DNA of 32,000 nucleotides from Vibrio alginolyticus NBRC 15630 = ATCC 17749 (GTDB lineage Bacteria; Pseudomonadota; Gammaproteobacteria; Enterobacterales; Vibrionaceae): NCBI RefSeq assembly GCF_000354175.2, contig NC_022349.1, positions 2,400,001 to 2,432,000 of the forward strand, read 5' to 3'. Shown piece by piece: positions 10,693 to 19,151 of this stretch (position 1 is its first letter; each line of letters starts with the position of its first letter). The notes under the pieces were generated by a model. It saw only the letters and a program-made list of their open reading frames with translations, ran no database searches and was not told where the DNA came from. The position numbers and the translations under genes were made by a program.

Positions 10693-10733
10693 TGGGGTTC
10701 GCCTGAAGTTAGAATTCGGCTCTTCACCGACCG
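10693..10733 (+). pseudogene. Decayed 3' fragment of a third tRNA-Pro unit
   Basis: TGGGGTTCG[11-nt insertion]AATTCGGCTCTTCACCGACC aligns to the T-arm and acceptor 3' end of tRNA-Pro. The trailing CTATTTA also matches the tRNA-Pro copy 1 flank. No 5' half is present. Confidence 0.6.
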
Positions 10734-10740
10734 CTATTTA

Positions 10741-10771
10741 GAGCCCCAGTCGAAAGACTGGGGCTTTTTTA
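10741..10771 (+). terminator. Strong rho-independent terminator after the tRNA remnant
   Basis: AGCCCCAGTC-GAAA-GACTGGGGCT followed by TTTTTT. Confidence 0.85.
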
Positions 10772-10879
10772 CATCTCTCCTGAAAAGAATCGGCATTCCA
10801 TTTCAATTTTCCCCAAAAGTGTACAGCTCTAGGGGCTTTTGACCACCTATGATCCAAATGCTTTTCGAGCTGACAAAAT

Positions 10880-10910
10880 AAACCCCAGAGCAGTGTCTGG
10901 GGTTTTGTAG
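10880..10910. terminator. Hairpin terminator downstream of the HAD hydrolase gene (A-run/T-run on both sides)
   Basis: CCCCAGA-GCAGTG-TCTGGGG flanked by AAAATAAA and TTTTGTAGTTTT, 26 nt beyond the HAD stop. Confidence 0.7.
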
Positions 10911-10928
10911 TTTTCTAATCCGCTGCTT

Positions 10929-11654
10929 TTATTGGGCGAGTGTTTTAAGGATTTCTTTCAGTTCTACCGTTTCTTGGATTTCAAAACTTGGCGTTATATC
11001 CGTTGAGTTGCTTGCGCCTGTCGCATTCACCCATACACTCAAAATGCCCATATTGTTAGCGCCAGCAATGTCAGCAGGTAAAGAGTCGCCCACGTGTAGA
11101 GCCTCTTCTGGTTTTACTTCGACCAAGTCGAGCGCTTTTTGGAAAATACTTGTAGCAGGTTTCTCTTCTGGCTCTTCTCCTCCCACAATAATATGGTCCA
11201 CCCAGTTACTCATTTGTGTCGCGTTTAATTTAGGGTGTTGAGAAAAAATCGGGCCGTTAGTGATCACGACGAGTTTGTAATGTTGACGAAGGTCGCTGAG
11301 CATTTCTTTTACACCAGGGAAGAAAGTGAACGCGCCCATACGTGCAGAGTCAAAGTAGTCTTGAGCTTGTTGAGCCTCTTTTGCAGTGATGCTGACGCCT
11401 TGCTCCGCCAAGATGTTTTGGATCAGGCCACAACGGAAGGCATTTTCATCGGGTAGCAGAGCCACAAGGTGAGGGAACTCAGCATTCAGCTTTTTGTATA
11501 CACCCTGTAAGTAGCGCTGCAAAAACGCTTTTGGCTCGGTAACTTGTGGGTAGGTTTTATGAATCCAAGTTGTAAACGCTTGTCCTGCAACTTTATCGGC
11601 TTGTGACGTTGCACATAAAGTCTCGTCCATATCAAAAAAAATCGCTTTAAGCAC
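10929..11654 (-). CDS. HAD-superfamily hydrolase (subfamily IA-like phosphatase)
   Basis: 241-aa ORF with motif I FFDMDETL (DxDxT), motif II VVITNG and motif IV HVGDSLPADIAGA. Confidence 0.88.
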   Translation of the reverse strand: MLKAIFFDMDETLCATSQADKVAGQAFTTWIHKTYPQVTEPKAFLQRYLQGVYKKLNAEFPHLVALLPDENAFRCGLIQNILAEQGVSITAKEAQQAQDYFDSARMGAFTFFPGVKEMLSDLRQHYKLVVITNGPIFSQHPKLNATQMSNWVDHIIVGGEEPEEKPATSIFQKALDLVEVKPEEALHVGDSLPADIAGANNMGILSVWVNATGASNSTDITPSFEIQETVELKEILKTLAQ

Positions 11655-12315
11655 AGGGGCTCCTTTTATTTACGGCTTGGCTTTGACACTGTTCATCTAT
11701 TATCCCACTCTCAATTGTGTCGTAAAGGGTTAAAATCGGCGAGTTTTCTTATGACGTACGAATGAGGATAGCGGTACTTTCCTTTGCTTAGTCAATAAAC
11801 CGCTTAAGTGGCGCATAATCTGCGTTGGAGCAGGATTTGTGTGGTTTTGCTGTTTTGTTCACGTTTTGACCTATCCTTTCTCTTCCTAAGTTTGGCTTTT
11901 TGTATTTGCCGACTATTTTATTAATAGTTTTTTATGTTGAAAAAACACTTTTTGCATATGATATTGTTTTTTAAATGTTAATAAATGCACATGAATAATA
12001 TGGTTAATGATCTTGTTTAGCTCATGTTTACTTTTAGAGCATTTTTCTAGTTTTATTGGTGCATGACGCACAAAAATAGTGTGATATGAAAATGGTTAAA
12101 TACTTGTTAATGCATTTTTATTCGCTAATTGTGCGTTTATTTAATGTTTTTTCGGCGGAATATACTTTAATTGTTGCTTTTTTGTGTGATTTTTGCCAAA
12201 TTATTTCCGCATTAAGATTTCAGAGTATTATTCTGAATTTGAACGGATTCATTCAGGTGATGAATGGTGCCTTTGGCATGATTCGATACCACAGACAAGG
12301 CAGTAGAGGTCTGAA

Positions 12316-14031
12316 ATGTCACTATTAGAAGTGAAAAACCTTCGTATTGAATACCCATCCCGACACGGCGTTCACGCTGCCGTGAAGTCACTTTCTTTTC
12401 ATATTGAACGTGGTGAAATCGTGGGTGTTGTTGGCGAATCAGGTGCGGGTAAATCCACCGTTGGTAACGCTGTTATCGATTTGCTTAGTCCCCCAGGTCG
12501 CGTTGCTAGCGGTGATGTATTCTTGGATGGAGAAAAAATTTCTGGCCTATCACCAGAAGCGATGCGTAAGGTTCGCGGCTCGAAAATAGGTTTTATTTTC
12601 CAAGATCCGATGACCTCGCTCAATCCACTTTTTACTGTTGAGCAACAGCTGAAAGAGACGATCCACGCTAACATGAAGGTCTCTGATGAAGAGGCGTATC
12701 AGCGCGCGCTTTCTCTTATGCAGCAGGTTGGTATTCCGCAACCAGAAAACCGCTTAAAACAGTACCCGCACCAATTCTCTGGTGGTATGCGTCAGCGTGT
12801 TGTCATTGCTATTGCTTTGGCTGGTGAGCCTGATCTCATCATCGCGGACGAACCAACTACGGCGTTAGACGTTTCTATCCAAGACCAAATCCTCAACTTG
12901 ATCCGCGAGCTGTGTATCAAGAACAATGTCGGCTGTATGTTGGTTACTCACGATATGGGTGTCGTCTCCAACGTCACCGATCGCGTGGCGGTAATGTATC
13001 GTGGTGACTTGGTGGAGTTTGGACCAACAGCCAAAGTATTGGGCGATCCTGATCACTCTTATACTCGCAGTCTAATTTCAGCGGTACCACGTTCAGACAG
13101 AAAGCTAGATCGTTTCCCGTTAGTAAGCTATATCGAAGAAGCGGCGGAAATGGAGCCACTCGATATCAAGAACCACTGGTTAGGACAAAGCCAAGATGAG
13201 CGTGAGTACACTGGCCCGCTTTTGGACGTGAAGAACGTCAATCTTCGCTTTGTGACCAAAGACTCTTTGTTCGAAAGCCGCCGAGAATACGTGCAAGCAT
13301 CTAATAATGTGAGCTTTGAAGTGCACGAAGGCGAAACCTTTGGTTTGGTGGGCGAGTCTGGTTCAGGTAAATCGACCATTGCACGTGTGATTGCTGGTTT
13401 ATACCAACCTAACTCTGGTCAGGTGAAATTCGAGGGCATTGACCTGACCGCTTTAACCTCTGAGAAAGAGCGCCGCCCGATGCGTCGTCAAATGCAGATG
13501 GTGTTCCAAAACCCATATACTTCAATGAACCCTCGTATGAAGGTATTCGATATTATTGCTGAGCCAATCCGTTTTCATAAATTGACGAAAAACGAGTCGG
13601 AAACTCGCCAAATCGTGAATGACCTATTGGATCATGTTGGTTTGGGTCGAATGGCTGGGCTTAAGTATCCTCATGAATTCTCCGGTGGTCAGCGTCAGCG
13701 TATTTCTATTGCGCGTGCGTTGGCGACTCGTCCTCGACTTTTGATTTGTGATGAACCGACCTCAGCACTGGACGTATCGGTACAGGCACAAATTCTAAAC
13801 TTGCTGAAAGATCTGCAAAGTGAGCTGAACTTGACTATGTTGTTTATCAGCCACGATTTACCTGTTATTCGTCAGATGTGTGACCGAGTAGGTGTGATGC
13901 AAATGGGTACACTTTTAGAAGTGGCACCAACAGAACAGTTATTCACGGCACCTCAACACGAATACAGCAAAAAATTGATTTCTCTGATGCCGGAGTTTAC
14001 TGGCTTGCGAGAAGAGATCGAAACGGCATAA
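12316..14031 (+). CDS. Peptide/glutathione-type ABC transporter, fused double ATP-binding subunit (GsiA/YejF-like)
   Basis: 571-aa ORF with two complete NBDs: Walker A GESGAGKST and GESGSGKST, signatures FSGGMRQR and FSGGQRQR, and Walker B IIADEPTTALD and LICDEPTSALD. SD AGAGG is upstream. Confidence 0.93.
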   Translation: MSLLEVKNLRIEYPSRHGVHAAVKSLSFHIERGEIVGVVGESGAGKSTVGNAVIDLLSPPGRVASGDVFLDGEKISGLSPEAMRKVRGSKIGFIFQDPMTSLNPLFTVEQQLKETIHANMKVSDEEAYQRALSLMQQVGIPQPENRLKQYPHQFSGGMRQRVVIAIALAGEPDLIIADEPTTALDVSIQDQILNLIRELCIKNNVGCMLVTHDMGVVSNVTDRVAVMYRGDLVEFGPTAKVLGDPDHSYTRSLISAVPRSDRKLDRFPLVSYIEEAAEMEPLDIKNHWLGQSQDEREYTGPLLDVKNVNLRFVTKDSLFESRREYVQASNNVSFEVHEGETFGLVGESGSGKSTIARVIAGLYQPNSGQVKFEGIDLTALTSEKERRPMRRQMQMVFQNPYTSMNPRMKVFDIIAEPIRFHKLTKNESETRQIVNDLLDHVGLGRMAGLKYPHEFSGGQRQRISIARALATRPRLLICDEPTSALDVSVQAQILNLLKDLQSELNLTMLFISHDLPVIRQMCDRVGVMQMGTLLEVAPTEQLFTAPQHEYSKKLISLMPEFTGLREEIETA

Positions 14032-14123
14032 ACCAAGCAATTCGCTTGGCTAACCTTTAGTCATAACAAAGACGCAAACACAACAACAAGGGATCCGTAT
14101 CCCCGCATGAAGGAGTTATGCAA

Positions 14124-15677
14124 ATGAAAACCATGAAAAGCAAATTAGCAGTGGCGCTAATGGCTGCGGGCCTAAGCTTTAACGCAATGACAGCAGATAT
14201 CAAAGTTGGCTATGCAGCTGACCCAGTATCGCTTGACCCACATGAGCAGCTATCAGGTGGCACACTGCAAATGTCACACATGGTATTTGATCCGTTGGTT
14301 CGCTTTACTCAAAAAATGGATTTCGAGCCTCGCCTAGCAGAAAGCTGGGAACGTATTAACGATACGACTGTTCGTTTCAAACTGCGTGAAGGTGTGAAAT
14401 TCCATTCTGGCAATACTCTAACGGCTGACGACGTCGTGTGGACGTTCCAGCGTTTACAAAGCTCTCCTGACTTTAAAAACATCTTCGACCCGTACGAGAA
14501 AATCGTCAAAGTGGACGACAACACATTCGATCTTGTAACTAAAGGTCCTTACCCACTAGTGCTGCAAACCGCAACGTACATTTTCCCAATGGACAGCAAG
14601 TTCTACACGGGCAAAACTGCGGACGGCAAAGACAAGTCTGAGCTAGTGAAGCACGGTAACTCATTTGCATCGACTAACGTATCTGGCACGGGTCCATTCA
14701 TTGTGACTTCACGTGAACAGGGCGTAAAAGTGGAATTTGAACGCTTTAAAGATTACTGGGACAAAGAGTCGAAAGGTAACGTTGATAAGCTAACGCTTGT
14801 GCCAATTAAAGAAGACGCAACTCGTGTAGCAGCGCTGCTTTCTGGCGGTGTTGACATGATTCACCCTGTAGCGCCAAACGACCACAAACGCGTTGAAGAT
14901 GCTGATGGCATCGACCTAGTTACGCTACCTGGTACTCGTATCATCACGTTCCAACTAAACCAAAACAGCAACGAAGCATTGAAAGACGTTCGCGTTCGCC
15001 AAGCGATTGTTCACGCAATCAATAACGAAGGTATCGTGAAGAAAATCATGAAAGGCTTCGCAACGGCTGCTGGTCAGCAAAGCCCGGCAGGTTACGTGGG
15101 TCACGATGACAAACTGGTTCCTCGCTACGATTTGAAGAAAGCGAAAGAACTGATGAAAGAAGCGGGTTACGAAAACGGCCTGACGCTAACGATGATCGCA
15201 CCAAACAACCGTTACGTGAACGATGCGAAAGTAGCACAAGCGGCGGCGGCAATGTTGTCTAAGATCGGTATCAAGGTTGATCTGAAGACCATGCCAAAAG
15301 CGCAGTACTGGCCTGAGTTCGACAAGTGTGCGGCAGACATGCTGATGATCGGTTGGCACTCAGATACAGAAGACTCAGCGAACTTCAACGAGTTCCTAAC
15401 TATGACTCGTAACGAAGAAACCGGTCGTGGTCAGTACAACTGTGGTTACTACTCAAACCCAGAAATGGACAAAGTGGTTGAAGCTGCGAACGTAGAGACG
15501 GACCCTGCGAAACGTGCAGAAATGCTGAAGGGCGTAGAAGCGACACTATACAACGACGCAGCATTCGTACCGCTACACTGGCAAAGTGAAGCATGGGGCG
15601 CGAAGTCTAACGTGAAAGCGGCAGATATCGTTAACCCAATGGTAATGCCTTACTTCGGTGACCTAGTGGTTGAATAA
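14124..15677 (+). CDS. ABC transporter substrate-binding protein, family 5 (peptide/nickel/glutathione, GsiB/DppA-like)
   Basis: Signal peptide MKTMKSKLAVALMAAGLSFNAMTA and a family-5 SBP length of about 517 aa. AAGGAG lies 8 nt before the ATG at 14124; the track start 14118 is only 2 nt from the SD. Confidence 0.9.
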   Translation: MKTMKSKLAVALMAAGLSFNAMTADIKVGYAADPVSLDPHEQLSGGTLQMSHMVFDPLVRFTQKMDFEPRLAESWERINDTTVRFKLREGVKFHSGNTLTADDVVWTFQRLQSSPDFKNIFDPYEKIVKVDDNTFDLVTKGPYPLVLQTATYIFPMDSKFYTGKTADGKDKSELVKHGNSFASTNVSGTGPFIVTSREQGVKVEFERFKDYWDKESKGNVDKLTLVPIKEDATRVAALLSGGVDMIHPVAPNDHKRVEDADGIDLVTLPGTRIITFQLNQNSNEALKDVRVRQAIVHAINNEGIVKKIMKGFATAAGQQSPAGYVGHDDKLVPRYDLKKAKELMKEAGYENGLTLTMIAPNNRYVNDAKVAQAAAAMLSKIGIKVDLKTMPKAQYWPEFDKCAADMLMIGWHSDTEDSANFNEFLTMTRNEETGRGQYNCGYYSNPEMDKVVEAANVETDPAKRAEMLKGVEATLYNDAAFVPLHWQSEAWGAKSNVKAADIVNPMVMPYFGDLVVE

Positions 15678-15694
15678 TCACGGTTAGTCTACTT

Positions 15695-15720
15695 TGAGGA
15701 GGGATGGATTTCCCTCCTCA
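15695..15720 (+). promoter_or_regulatory. Intercistronic stem-loop after the SBP gene (no T-run)
   Basis: TGAGGAGGGA-TGGATT-TCCCTCCTCA forms a perfect 10-bp stem 18 nt after the SBP stop, inside a 147-bp gap in the operon. This is the position where ABC operons commonly carry mRNA-stabilising or attenuating hairpins. Confidence 0.55.
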
Positions 15721-15824
15721 ACTTAAAGCACTCGACTCAATTTTGTTTCAGTCGGATTGAGTTGGTTATTTAGACTGAATTTTCTCTCTAATTTAGAGAT
15801 CTATGGATAGTTAAGGGGCAAGGA

Positions 15825-16802
15825 ATGTTTTCGTTTCTGGTCAAGCGCCTGTTTCAGGCACTGATAGTGATGTTTGTGATCAGTTTGGTGGCGTTTGCCA
15901 TTCAGGACAACCTGGGTGATCCGCTGCGTGAGCTTGTAGGTCAGTCGGTTTCGGAATCGGAGCGTCAAGCGCTACGCGACGACTTAGGCCTGAACGATCC
16001 CTTTATCACAAAGTATACGCGCTTTGTGGGTAATGCACTGCAAGGTGATTTGGGTACCTCATATTTTTTCAAGCGACCTGCGGTTGAGGTGATTCTCGAC
16101 AAGCTGGTGGCTACATTAGAGCTCGTGTTTGGCGCGACGCTTATCATCATTGTTTTCTCTATTCCGCTTGGGGTGTACTCTGCGATTCATCCTAAGAGTG
16201 TTTTTACCAAATTTGTCATGGCGATGAGCAGTGTCGGTATCTCGATTCCGGTGTTCTTAACCGCAATCATGCTGATGTATGTCTTCTCCATAGAACTCGG
16301 TTGGCTGCCTTCCTACGGGCGGGGCGAGACCGCTAATGTGCTCGGTTGGGAATCTGGCTTCTTTACCATTGATGGTATCAAGCACCTCATCCTACCTTGT
16401 ATTGCGCTAGCGTCTATCATGTTGCCGTTGTTCATCCGCTTGGTGCGTTCAGAAATGCTGGAAGTTCTGAGTTCGGAATACATTAAGTTCGCCAAAGCAA
16501 AAGGTTTGAACTTACAAAAGATTTATTACCAACATGCACTTAAGAACACCATGCTGCCAGTATTGACAGTAGGTGGTGTGCAGATTGGTACCATGGTGGC
16601 CTACACCATTCTTACTGAAACCGTGTTCCAATGGCCGGGCACTGGCTTCCTTTTCCTAGAGGCAATCAACCGTGTAGATACACCGCTGATCACTGCCTAC
16701 GTTATCTTTGTTGGTCTGATCTTCGTGGTAACCAATACCATCGTTGACTTGCTGTACGGCATCATCAACCCAACTGTGAACCTAACTGGAAAAGGAGCTT
16801 AA
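15825..16802 (+). CDS. ABC transporter permease (DppB/GsiC-like)
   Basis: 325-aa ORF with 6 predicted TM segments. The typical N-terminus is MFSFLVKRLFQALIVMF, and the EAA-type loop is SEYIKFAKAKGL. Confidence 0.92.
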   Translation: MFSFLVKRLFQALIVMFVISLVAFAIQDNLGDPLRELVGQSVSESERQALRDDLGLNDPFITKYTRFVGNALQGDLGTSYFFKRPAVEVILDKLVATLELVFGATLIIIVFSIPLGVYSAIHPKSVFTKFVMAMSSVGISIPVFLTAIMLMYVFSIELGWLPSYGRGETANVLGWESGFFTIDGIKHLILPCIALASIMLPLFIRLVRSEMLEVLSSEYIKFAKAKGLNLQKIYYQHALKNTMLPVLTVGGVQIGTMVAYTILTETVFQWPGTGFLFLEAINRVDTPLITAYVIFVGLIFVVTNTIVDLLYGIINPTVNLTGKGA

Positions 16803-16804
16803 TC

Positions 16805-17755
16805 ATGAGCCAATCAAATTTAACACCAGCTCCTGCTCCATCAGCGTGGCAGCGTTTCAAAGAGTCAGATTTTCTGTATTACTTCAAACGCGACAAAGTG
16901 GCGATGGCGAGTTTTACCGTCTTTATGATGTTCTTAGTATTGGCATTGGCTGCACCGATTCTTGCGCCAACAGATCCGTACGATCTGACGTCTATCGACA
17001 TCATGGATTCTGAGTTGCCACCTTCGTGGATGGAAGATGGCGATGAGCGTTTTGTTCTTGGTACTGATGAGCAAGGCCGTGATATTTTATCGACCATTCT
17101 TTACGGTTCTCGTTTGTCTTTGACGATCGGCTTTTTAGCCGTCGGTCTTCAGTTGATTCTGGGTATCATCATTGGTTTGTCGGCGGGTTACTTCGGTGGT
17201 CGTATCGATAGCTTCTTGATGCGCTTTGCCGATGTTCAACTATCGTTCTCAACCATGATGGTGGCGATCATCGTATCGGCCATTTTCAAAGCCAGCTTTG
17301 GCAGCGATTTTTACAGCCAATACGCAGTGGTGATGCTGGTGGTGATCATCGGTGTGGCTGAATGGCCGCAATACGCACGGACAATTCGTGCCTCGGTATT
17401 GGCAGAGAAGAAGAAAGAATACGTCGAAGCGGCGCGTGTGATGGGCTTTAAAGCTCCGCGAATCATGTTCCGTCACATTCTGCCAAACTGTCTATCGCCA
17501 ATCTTGGTTATCTCGACGGTACAGGTAGCGAACGCGATCATGTCGGAAGCGGCACTGTCATTCCTAGGTTTGGGTCTTCCTGTTGATCAGCCGTCACTAG
17601 GTGCGCTGATCAGCATCGGCTTTAACTACATCTTCTCAGGTGCGTGGTGGATTACTGCCTTCCCAGGCATCGTGCTCGTAACATTGGTTTTGGTTATCAA
17701 CCTGTTGGGCGACTGGCTACGTGATGTATTCAACCCGAAACTGTACAAAGGATAA
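16805..17755 (+). CDS. ABC transporter permease (DppC/GsiD-like)
   Basis: 316-aa ORF beginning 2 nt after the previous stop, with SD AAGGAG. The EAA loop is EYVEAARVMGF and the protein is polytopic. Confidence 0.92.
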   Translation: MSQSNLTPAPAPSAWQRFKESDFLYYFKRDKVAMASFTVFMMFLVLALAAPILAPTDPYDLTSIDIMDSELPPSWMEDGDERFVLGTDEQGRDILSTILYGSRLSLTIGFLAVGLQLILGIIIGLSAGYFGGRIDSFLMRFADVQLSFSTMMVAIIVSAIFKASFGSDFYSQYAVVMLVVIIGVAEWPQYARTIRASVLAEKKKEYVEAARVMGFKAPRIMFRHILPNCLSPILVISTVQVANAIMSEAALSFLGLGLPVDQPSLGALISIGFNYIFSGAWWITAFPGIVLVTLVLVINLLGDWLRDVFNPKLYKG

Positions 17756-17804
17756 GAATTTTCCCACCAAGCGTTGTAAATTCGCTTAATTCCTTCCTAA
17801 ACTG

Positions 17805-17836
17805 AGAGCCGGATGCAAATTCCGGCTCTTTTTTTG
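17805..17836 (+). terminator. Rho-independent terminator of the ABC operon
   Basis: AGAGCCGGA-TGCAAAT-TCCGGCTCT followed by TTTTTTT. Confidence 0.85.
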
Positions 17837-17912
17837 CTAGTTATTCTTTGTTCACATTTTTTTGGCGCTTTGCCGCCATAATGACCTTACCCACTAATTT
17901 AGAGTGAAGTGT

Positions 17913-18932
17913 ATGGAAATGAAGAAGGCACAACACCCATCTCGTATCTTCCAAGCAAGCCTAGCTTTCGGCTTGTTGCTGGTATGCGCCCAGTTTTCTA
18001 GCCCAGTATCGGCGGAGGAGTTCCTTTGCCAAGCCACTCAAGCCAGCGAGAAAGAATTACCGATGCTTGAGAAAACGTGCCCAATTGGTAACGGAGTATG
18101 GGGAAAGAAAGTGCCGCAGGGGGGCAACTACCTTTACTGGATTCAATGCGGATTGCTACCCAAGCCTATGTCTCTCGCGAAAGCTAAGCCTCTCTATAGT
18201 AAAATCACGACTGACGTATGGATGAAGCCTGAATCCAAAGGCTATCGCTGTTTGATTGGACCTTACAAGGCATTGTCTGATGCGAGGGATGACTTACGAG
18301 GAGTCAAAACCTTGTCGAATTACAAAGAGGCGTTCATCCGAGTGGTTGGGAAAGGGACGAAACAACCAGTAACACCACCTACACCTAAATCTACTGTATC
18401 GTCGAAATCAGCCTCATCTTCGGTTAAGCCAACACCGACGGTGACCCCGAAGCCCGCGCCAGTTCCTGCTGTGCGAGCTGATACCGACGCCTTTAAAGCG
18501 CGGGCAGAGAAGCCAGATACCAAGGCAAAAAGTTCACGTGATAGCTCTTTGTCTACGCCTGTTGCTAAGACCAAAGCGAAGCCAATTGTCACTGGAAATG
18601 ATGACATTGAAGTTCGGTTGAGAACTTCAGTACAGGGCAAAACGTACGTGGTCCCATATTTACTCGATCACCATAATCAGTTTTACATGGAACATGGTAA
18701 GCCGTGGAACCGCCTCAACTACGAAAACTCGCACAAAGTATGTCAGCAACTGGGTATGAGCTTAGCTAACCCTGCAGAGTTTAAAGCGCTGAGGGCGTCT
18801 GGGGTGATGGAAAAAAATCAATGGCCACTGCAACTGCCGTATTGGGGCAAAGATAAGAAAGGTTTGTTCGCCGATCGTGAGCCCAATCAGCTCACCGGGA
18901 CCTCATTATTGAACGTGGTGTGCGTGAAATAA
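17913..18932 (+). CDS. Exported SPOR-domain protein with a Pro/Thr/Lys-rich linker and a C-terminal C-type-lectin-like module
   Basis: Signal peptide ...LAFGLLLVCAQFSSPVSA. The SPOR-like stretch is YWIQCGLLPKPMSLAKAKPLYSKI...YRCLIGPYKALSDARDDL...AFIRVV, and the linker is PVTPPTPKSTVSSKSASSSVKPTPTVTPKPAPVP. The start is ambiguous among GTG 17904, ATG 17913 and ATG 17919. Confidence 0.75.
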   Translation: MEMKKAQHPSRIFQASLAFGLLLVCAQFSSPVSAEEFLCQATQASEKELPMLEKTCPIGNGVWGKKVPQGGNYLYWIQCGLLPKPMSLAKAKPLYSKITTDVWMKPESKGYRCLIGPYKALSDARDDLRGVKTLSNYKEAFIRVVGKGTKQPVTPPTPKSTVSSKSASSSVKPTPTVTPKPAPVPAVRADTDAFKARAEKPDTKAKSSRDSSLSTPVAKTKAKPIVTGNDDIEVRLRTSVQGKTYVVPYLLDHHNQFYMEHGKPWNRLNYENSHKVCQQLGMSLANPAEFKALRASGVMEKNQWPLQLPYWGKDKKGLFADREPNQLTGTSLLNVVCVK

Positions 18933-18963
18933 CGACTCAGATATTGTGGTCAAAATATAGAAG

Positions 18964-18988
18964 AAAGCCCCGAGTTCGGGGCTTTTTT
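18964..18988. terminator. Bidirectional rho-independent terminator (ends the SPOR gene on + and the lipoprotein/micro-ORF transcript on -)
   Basis: AAAGCCCCG-AGTT-CGGGGCTTT followed by TTT on the plus strand, with an A/G-rich run on the other side. Confidence 0.8.
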
Positions 18989-19007
18989 GCGGTCTCAAAT
19001 ATTATCG

Positions 19008-19151
19008 CTATTTGAGTGGCGTTTCTTTGTGACAGTTAGAGCAGATATACACTTCTTTGATGCCGACCAATCGTTCCCAAAGTGTTCTGCGTCTTCTACG
19101 CAAATGTACGCTATCACAGCAAGGGTTAACGATGGTTGCTTTAGTCATCAT
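19008..19151 (-). CDS. Candidate 47-aa Cys-rich, Arg-rich small protein (zinc-ribbon-like), below the ORF-track length cutoff
   Basis: Hand translation gives MMTKATIVNPCCDSVHLRRRRRTLWERLVGIKEVYICSNCHKETPLK*. GGAG lies 7 nt upstream of the ATG. The start (ATGATGACTAA) overlaps the last codons and stop of the lipoprotein gene in another frame. The stop at 19008 sits 19 nt before the 18964-18988 terminator, which accounts for the otherwise empty ~150-nt tail. Confidence 0.5.
   Translation of the reverse strand: MMTKATIVNPCCDSVHLRRRRRTLWERLVGIKEVYICSNCHKETPLK

Noticed and set aside
12086..12328. 80-aa ORF (MKMVKYLLMHFYSLIVRLF...) upstream of the ABC ATPase
   Set aside because: It arises from AT-rich sequence, has no SD, is rich in F/I/L/N as expected from A/T codon bias, and overlaps the ATPase start. 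It is most likely non-coding promoter or leader DNA.
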